Shown: positions 59,507 through 64,000 of the stretch, in pieces | How positions within the stretch are numbered: position 1 is the stretch's first letter | Layout: the number at the start of each line of letters is the position of its first letter | Assembly: GCA_963813025.1 (NCBI GenBank) | Contig: CAWEXO010000001.1 | Location: 1-64,000 of the forward strand | Length of the DNA stretch: 64,000 bases | Direction of reading: 5' to 3' | Origin: an uncultured Verrucomicrobiae bacterium | GTDB taxonomy: Bacteria > Verrucomicrobiota > Verrucomicrobiia > Chthoniobacterales > JAFAMB01 | The notes under the pieces: generated by a model | Seen by the model: only the letters and a program-made list of their open reading frames with translations | The model's database searches: none | Told to the model about the DNA's origin: nothing | Translations under genes and position numbers: made by a program

Positions 59507-60931
59507 GTACCGGTAATGGTCCGGTTTGAAGGGGCCATCCACCGGAACGCCGATGTACTCCGCCTGGTGCGGACTCAGTTTGGTTAGTTTCACTCCGATC
59601 TTCTCCAGATGCAGACGAGCGACCTCTTCATCTAACCGTTTCGGAAGAATATAAACCTTGTTCTCGTAAACGTTCCGATTCTCCCACAGATCAAGCTGCG
59701 CCAGCACCTGGTTGGAAAATGAATTGCTCATCACGAACGAAGGATGCCCGGTCGCGCATCCCAGATTTACCAGGCGTCCCTCCGCCAGGAGAAAAATCTC
59801 GTGACCATCCGGGAAGCGGTATCGATCGACCTGCGGCTTGATATTCGTCCAGGTAATTCCGCGGACTTCCTTGAGCCGGTCGACCTGCACCTCGTTATCG
59901 AAATGGCCAATGTTGCAGACCACCGCCTGGTCTTTCATTTTCGCCATGTGCTCGACCGTAATGACATCACAGTTGCCGGTGGTAGTGACATAGATATCGC
60001 CGCGCCCAAGGGTGTCCTCGACGGTTGTTACTTCAAAACCCTCCATCGCTGCTTGCAGCGCGTTGATCGGATCGATCTCGGTGACAATGACCCGGGCACC
60101 CTGTCCGCGTAATGATTGGGCACAACCTTTGCCGACATCGCCATAGCCGCAGATTACCGCTATTTTCCCCGAAATCATTACGTCCAGCGCACGATTGATC
60201 CCATCGACTAAAGAGTGCCGGCAGCCATACAAATTATCGAACTTCGACTTCGTCACCGAATCGTTCACATTGAACGCCGGGATTAATAACTTGCCGGCTT
60301 GCTGCAGCCGATAGAGCCGATGTACCCCAGTGGTAGTCTCCTCCGAAACACCTCGCCACTCTTTGACCAGCTCATGCCAGCGGTATGGATTCTCGGAATG
60401 AATTTCTTTGAGCAGATTCTTGATAATCTGTTCTTCTGGACCGTGTGACGGCGAATTTACCCAATCGCTCCCCTCTTCCAGCTCGTATCCTTTGTGAATC
60501 AGGAGTGTGACGTCGCCGCCGTCATCGACAACTAACTGGGGTCCTTTGCCGTCCGGATGGGAGATTGCCTGGTTTGTACACCACCAGTATTCCTCGAGAG
60601 TTTCGCCTTTCCAGGCGAAGACCGGGACCCCGGCCGCAGCAATCGCCGCCGCGGCATGATCCTGGGTCGAGAAGATATTGCAACTCGCCCAACGCACGGA
60701 CGCTCCCAAATCTCGCAGTGTTTCGATGAGAACCGCCGTTTGGATCGTCATGTGCAGCGATCCCGTGATCCGCACTCCAGCGAGCGGCTTTTTGCTGGCG
60801 TGCTTTTTCCGGATCGCCATTAGGCCGGGCATCTCCTTCTCGGCGATACCAATTTCTTTGCGACCAAACTCGGACAGTCCCGGATCGGCGACTTTGAACT
60901 CGGATGGGGTCTCGGAAAGTACGTTGCTCAT
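59504..60931 (-). CDS. ahcY: S-adenosylhomocysteine hydrolase
   Basis: [49 protein letters not shown]. Confidence 0.98.
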   Translation of the reverse strand: MSNVLSETPSEFKVADPGLSEFGRKEIGIAEKEMPGLMAIRKKHASKKPLAGVRITGSLHMTIQTAVLIETLRDLGASVRWASCNIFSTQDHAAAAIAAAGVPVFAWKGETLEEYWWCTNQAISHPDGKGPQLVVDDGGDVTLLIHKGYELEEGSDWVNSPSHGPEEQIIKNLLKEIHSENPYRWHELVKEWRGVSEETTTGVHRLYRLQQAGKLLIPAFNVNDSVTKSKFDNLYGCRHSLVDGINRALDVMISGKIAVICGYGDVGKGCAQSLRGQGARVIVTEIDPINALQAAMEGFEVTTVEDTLGRGDIYVTTTGNCDVITVEHMAKMKDQAVVCNIGHFDNEVQVDRLKEVRGITWTNIKPQVDRYRFPDGHEIFLLAEGRLVNLGCATGHPSFVMSNSFSNQVLAQLDLWENRNVYENKVYILPKRLDEEVARLHLEKIGVKLTKLSPHQAEYIGVPVDGPFKPDHYRY

Positions 60932-60941
60932 AATAGTTGAT

Positions 60942-62126
60942 TCACGAAAGGAACTTGCGGAGCGCCTCCGCTTTATCAGTTTTCTCCCAGGTTAATGCGT
61001 CGAGATCGTCCTCTCGTCCGAAATGGCCGTAGTTGGTTGTCTTCGAGTAGATTGGCCTGAGCAGATTCAGCTGCTTGATGATGGCAGCCGGCTTGAAGTT
61101 GAAAATCTCTTCGATTGCGTCTTCGATCCTGACCTCATCAACGGTCGATGTCCCGAAGGTACTGACGCTGAGGCTGACCGGATCGGGATAGCCGATCGCG
61201 TAAGCAAATTGAACCTCGCATCGTTCCGCTAAACCAGCGGCAACCACATTCTTCGCGACGTAGCGCCCCATGTAAGCGGCCGAGCGATCCACTTTGGACG
61301 GGTCTTTGCCCGAAAATGCGCCGCCGCCATGCCGGCCCATACCCCCGTAGGTATCCACGATGATCTTCCGTCCAGTCAACCCGGAGTCGCCTTCCGGTCC
61401 CCCAATGACAAAGCGGCCAGTTGGATTGATGAGATAACGGGTGCGCGCATCAATCCAGTTCTCCGGGATGACCTTCCGAATGACTCGCTCAATGATCGTC
61501 TCGCGAATTTCCTTGTGCTTGATTTCGTCCGCGTGCTGGGTGGACACCACCACGGCATCCACGCGAATCGGCCGAAGGCCCTCGTACTCCACCGAAACCT
61601 GGGTTTTGGCATCGGGCCGCAGCCAAGGCAGTTCACCCGATTTTCGGAGACTCGCTAACTCGCTGCCCAACTGATGGCTGAATTGGATCGGTGCCGGCAT
61701 CAACTCGGGCGTTTCGTTAACGGCAAATCCGAACATCAACCCTTGATCACCCGCTCCCTGTTCCGCAGTCTCCTTACCCTCGGCCGCTCGAGCGTCCACA
61801 CCTTGGGCGATATCGTGTGATTGACGGCTTAACGCCTGTACGACCAGGCAAGTCTCCGCATGAAACAAAGAATTCTCATAGACATAACCGATATCTCGAA
61901 TTGCGGAGCGCACTTCGTCGATATAATCGAATCGCGCGTTTGTGGTGATTTCACCGGCAACAACGACCAGATTGCCTTTGACCAATGTTTCGCAGGCGAC
62001 CCGACTTTCCGGGTCCTGCGCCAAACAAGCATCGAGGATGCGATCGGAGATGGTGTCGCAGACCTTGTCAGGATGACCTTCGGTCACGGATTCGGAGGAA
62101 AAGAGAGAACGGCGCGACATAGTCAT
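60942..62126 (-). CDS. metK: S-adenosylmethionine synthetase
   Basis: [33 protein letters not shown]. Confidence 0.98.
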   Translation of the reverse strand: MTMSRRSLFSSESVTEGHPDKVCDTISDRILDACLAQDPESRVACETLVKGNLVVVAGEITTNARFDYIDEVRSAIRDIGYVYENSLFHAETCLVVQALSRQSHDIAQGVDARAAEGKETAEQGAGDQGLMFGFAVNETPELMPAPIQFSHQLGSELASLRKSGELPWLRPDAKTQVSVEYEGLRPIRVDAVVVSTQHADEIKHKEIRETIIERVIRKVIPENWIDARTRYLINPTGRFVIGGPEGDSGLTGRKIIVDTYGGMGRHGGGAFSGKDPSKVDRSAAYMGRYVAKNVVAAGLAERCEVQFAYAIGYPDPVSLSVSTFGTSTVDEVRIEDAIEEIFNFKPAAIIKQLNLLRPIYSKTTNYGHFGREDDLDALTWEKTDKAEALRKFLS

Positions 62127-62192
62127 AGATTTTGGGCTAAGGAACAGACGGTTCAAGAGAGGCCTATTGCGGCGACTGGAGAATATTGACCG

Positions 62193-62208
62193 ATCATGAT
62201 ATCCTGAT
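62193..62208. promoter_or_regulatory. putative SahR-type operator
   Basis: ATCATGATATCCTGAT (14/16 palindrome) just after TTGACC in the metK/regulator divergent gap. Confidence 0.6.
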
Positions 62209-62225
62209 ATATCGACTGATTTTCC

Positions 62226-63155
62226 ATGCCGTCAACGTTGAATTCTCTCCGGCTCCTGGCCGACCCGACTCGGATCCGACTCTTGCATCTGCTCGAGTCT
62301 GGCGAGCTTTCGGTTGCCGAAATTCAGGAAGTCCTCGGCATGGGTCAGTCCCGCATCTCGACGCACTTGGCGCAACTGAAGCGCGCCGGACTGCTCTCGG
62401 ATCGGCGCGTCGGTAAAAACATCTATTATCGCTGGCCGGTCGCCGAATCTTTTCCGCTGAGCGAATTCAAGAAGCTGGTTAGTCTCGTAATTTCCGACTT
62501 GCCCGAAGCCGCTGAAGATCAAGTGGCCCTGAATCACGTCTTGGCGAAGCGCCGTGATCGCTCCAGAGAATATTTTAACAAACTGGCTGGAAAATTCGGG
62601 CGGAGCTATTGCCCTGGACGTTCCTGGCAAGGCCTCGCGCATCTTCTGCTCACCCTTGTCCCCGACATCGATGTCGCAGATCTCGGAGCCGGTGAGGGGA
62701 CTCTCTCCCAACTCCTGGCACGTCGCGCTCGTAAAGTCATTGCCGTGGATCTGTCGGAAAAAATGGTCGAATTCGGCGCGGATCTGGCGAGGAGTCATGG
62801 CTTCACCAATCTTGAATATCGTTTGGGAGATCTTGAAGATCCGCCGATCGCGCGGGGTACAATTGATTTAGCCATTTTCAGCCAGGCCCTGCATCATGCG
62901 AATAATCCGGATAGAGCCATTGGCGCGGCGGCAAGGATCTTGCGGCAGGGCGGACGGGTGGTCGTGCTCGACTTGCTCTCCCATACATTTGAGCAGGCGC
63001 GAGAACTGTATGCCGATCTCTGGCTGGGTTTTAGCGAGGTAGAACTGCTGCAGCTCCTGAAAAGCAACAGCTTCACTGACTGTGAAGCTCAGGTGATTTC
63101 TCGCGAAGCGGATGCACCGCATTTCCAGACAATCCTGGCGACGGGGATTAAGTAG
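62226..63155 (+). CDS. ArsR-HTH / SAM-methyltransferase fusion regulator (SahR/SamR type)
   Basis: [10 protein letters not shown]...[11 protein letters not shown] plus [12 protein letters not shown]-binding motif; divergent from metK-ahcY. Confidence 0.88.
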   Translation: MPSTLNSLRLLADPTRIRLLHLLESGELSVAEIQEVLGMGQSRISTHLAQLKRAGLLSDRRVGKNIYYRWPVAESFPLSEFKKLVSLVISDLPEAAEDQVALNHVLAKRRDRSREYFNKLAGKFGRSYCPGRSWQGLAHLLLTLVPDIDVADLGAGEGTLSQLLARRARKVIAVDLSEKMVEFGADLARSHGFTNLEYRLGDLEDPPIARGTIDLAIFSQALHHANNPDRAIGAAARILRQGGRVVVLDLLSHTFEQARELYADLWLGFSEVELLQLLKSNSFTDCEAQVISREADAPHFQTILATGIK

Positions 63156-63207
63156 TTGCGAGTTGCGAGTTGCGAGTTGCGAGTTGCGAGTTGCGAGTCC
63201 CGAGTCG
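63154..63207. repeat. (AGTTGCG)6 heptamer tract
   Basis: Six perfect copies plus two degenerate ones, starting at the regulator stop codon. Confidence 0.9.
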
Positions 63208-63407
63208 TGAAGTGTGTGCGACAAATCGGACGCACCAAGATAAAGACACTCACCTGCCGGTCCTTCCTACGCATGCTGATCGCCCGGAGCGGTAGGGCAC
63301 CGGCTCTTGTCGGTCCTTCCCTGCTTGATTTATCCGCCAAAGATCATTGAGGATCATCGAAGCTCGCCTTGGCGTGTGCCGGGCTGTTTGCGTGAAAAGA
63401 ATAGTCC

Positions 63408-64000
63408 ATGATCCGGCTTCTTCTGGCGCTCTTTTGGCTAACGGGTTCGGCGGCGGCCGAAGCTAATTTTTATCAACCCAGTCCTCGTTCCCCCCATCAA
63501 GGCGACGTCCTCTACTTTCTGTTAACCGATCGTTTCCGGAACGGCGATCGTTCGAACGATCGTGGTCTTATCGATTCCGAAGATCTGCTGCTGACCGGGT
63601 TCGATCCGACCCGAATCAACTTCTATCATGGAGGTGACTTTCGCGGAGTGACCGAAAAGCTCGATTACATCCGGGACCTCGGCGCCACGCTGATCTGGAT
63701 GACGCCCTTCTTGAAAAACAAAACGGTCCAGAACTACGGTGGCCTCGATAAGTCGTTTGCCGGCTATCACGGCTATTGGATTCTCGATTTTACGGATGTC
63801 GATCCTCATCTCGGCACGAAAACAGATTTGCAGACGTTGATCAATGAAGCGCGCAAGCGACAACTGGGCATTGTCATGGATGTTGTCGTGAATCACACCG
63901 CCGACGTGATTCAGCCCGCAAACGGCTCGACCGCATATCAATACAAGTTTTCCAAACCGTACCTGGACGCTCACGGCAGGCCGTTTGACGACCGCGACTA
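63408..64000 (+). CDS. secreted GH13 alpha-amylase family protein (partial, runs off the window)
   Basis: Signal peptide; YFLLTDRFRNGD, YHGGDFRG...LDYI..LG, YHGYW, DVVVNH. Confidence 0.9.
   Translation, partial: MIRLLLALFWLTGSAAAEANFYQPSPRSPHQGDVLYFLLTDRFRNGDRSNDRGLIDSEDLLLTGFDPTRINFYHGGDFRGVTEKLDYIRDLGATLIWMTPFLKNKTVQNYGGLDKSFAGYHGYWILDFTDVDPHLGTKTDLQTLINEARKRQLGIVMDVVVNHTADVIQPANGSTAYQYKFSKPYLDAHGRPFDDRD

Overview
Mostly a housekeeping chromosome segment, most likely from a Verrucomicrobiota (Chthoniobacterales-like) bacterium; this assignment is inferred from protein style, not from a search. It carries acpP, uvrB, holA, nagZ, nadD-rsfS, cinA, a sugar ABC operon, an ECF sigma factor, rlmN, a luxE/luxC-like pair and metK-ahcY with a SahR-type regulator. 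Five things stand out. (1) The first ~3.6 kb is frameshift-ridden and joins the rest mid-gene (an HU 5' end abuts a truncated LysM gene), which looks like a chimeric assembly junction. (2) An ~18.5 kb capsid-less prophage/satellite-like element is integrated in tRNA-Ile2(CAT) with a 42-bp att duplication (31311-31352 / 49829-49870). It has an integrase, repressor/excisionase, recombination and primase genes, an iteron-like origin, a lambda cosQ/cosN-like site, and TerS plus TerL(GpA). Its intact cargo includes a 971-aa GH13 glycosidase fused to an ABC sugar-binding protein, and a ClpP-class protease preceded by an unannotated acidic 59-aa peptide gene. (3) A collapsed type I-G (I-U) CRISPR-Cas locus survives as a csb1/cas7 5' stub, a leader-like segment and one solitary repeat. 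(4) An IS630 element sits in a CTAG of an (AGTGCT)n tract. (5) Many intergenic spacers hold one of several families of short-unit tandem or palindromic REP/REPIN-like repeats, some of which supply protein C-termini. All calls are by-eye motif recognition; no database search was run.
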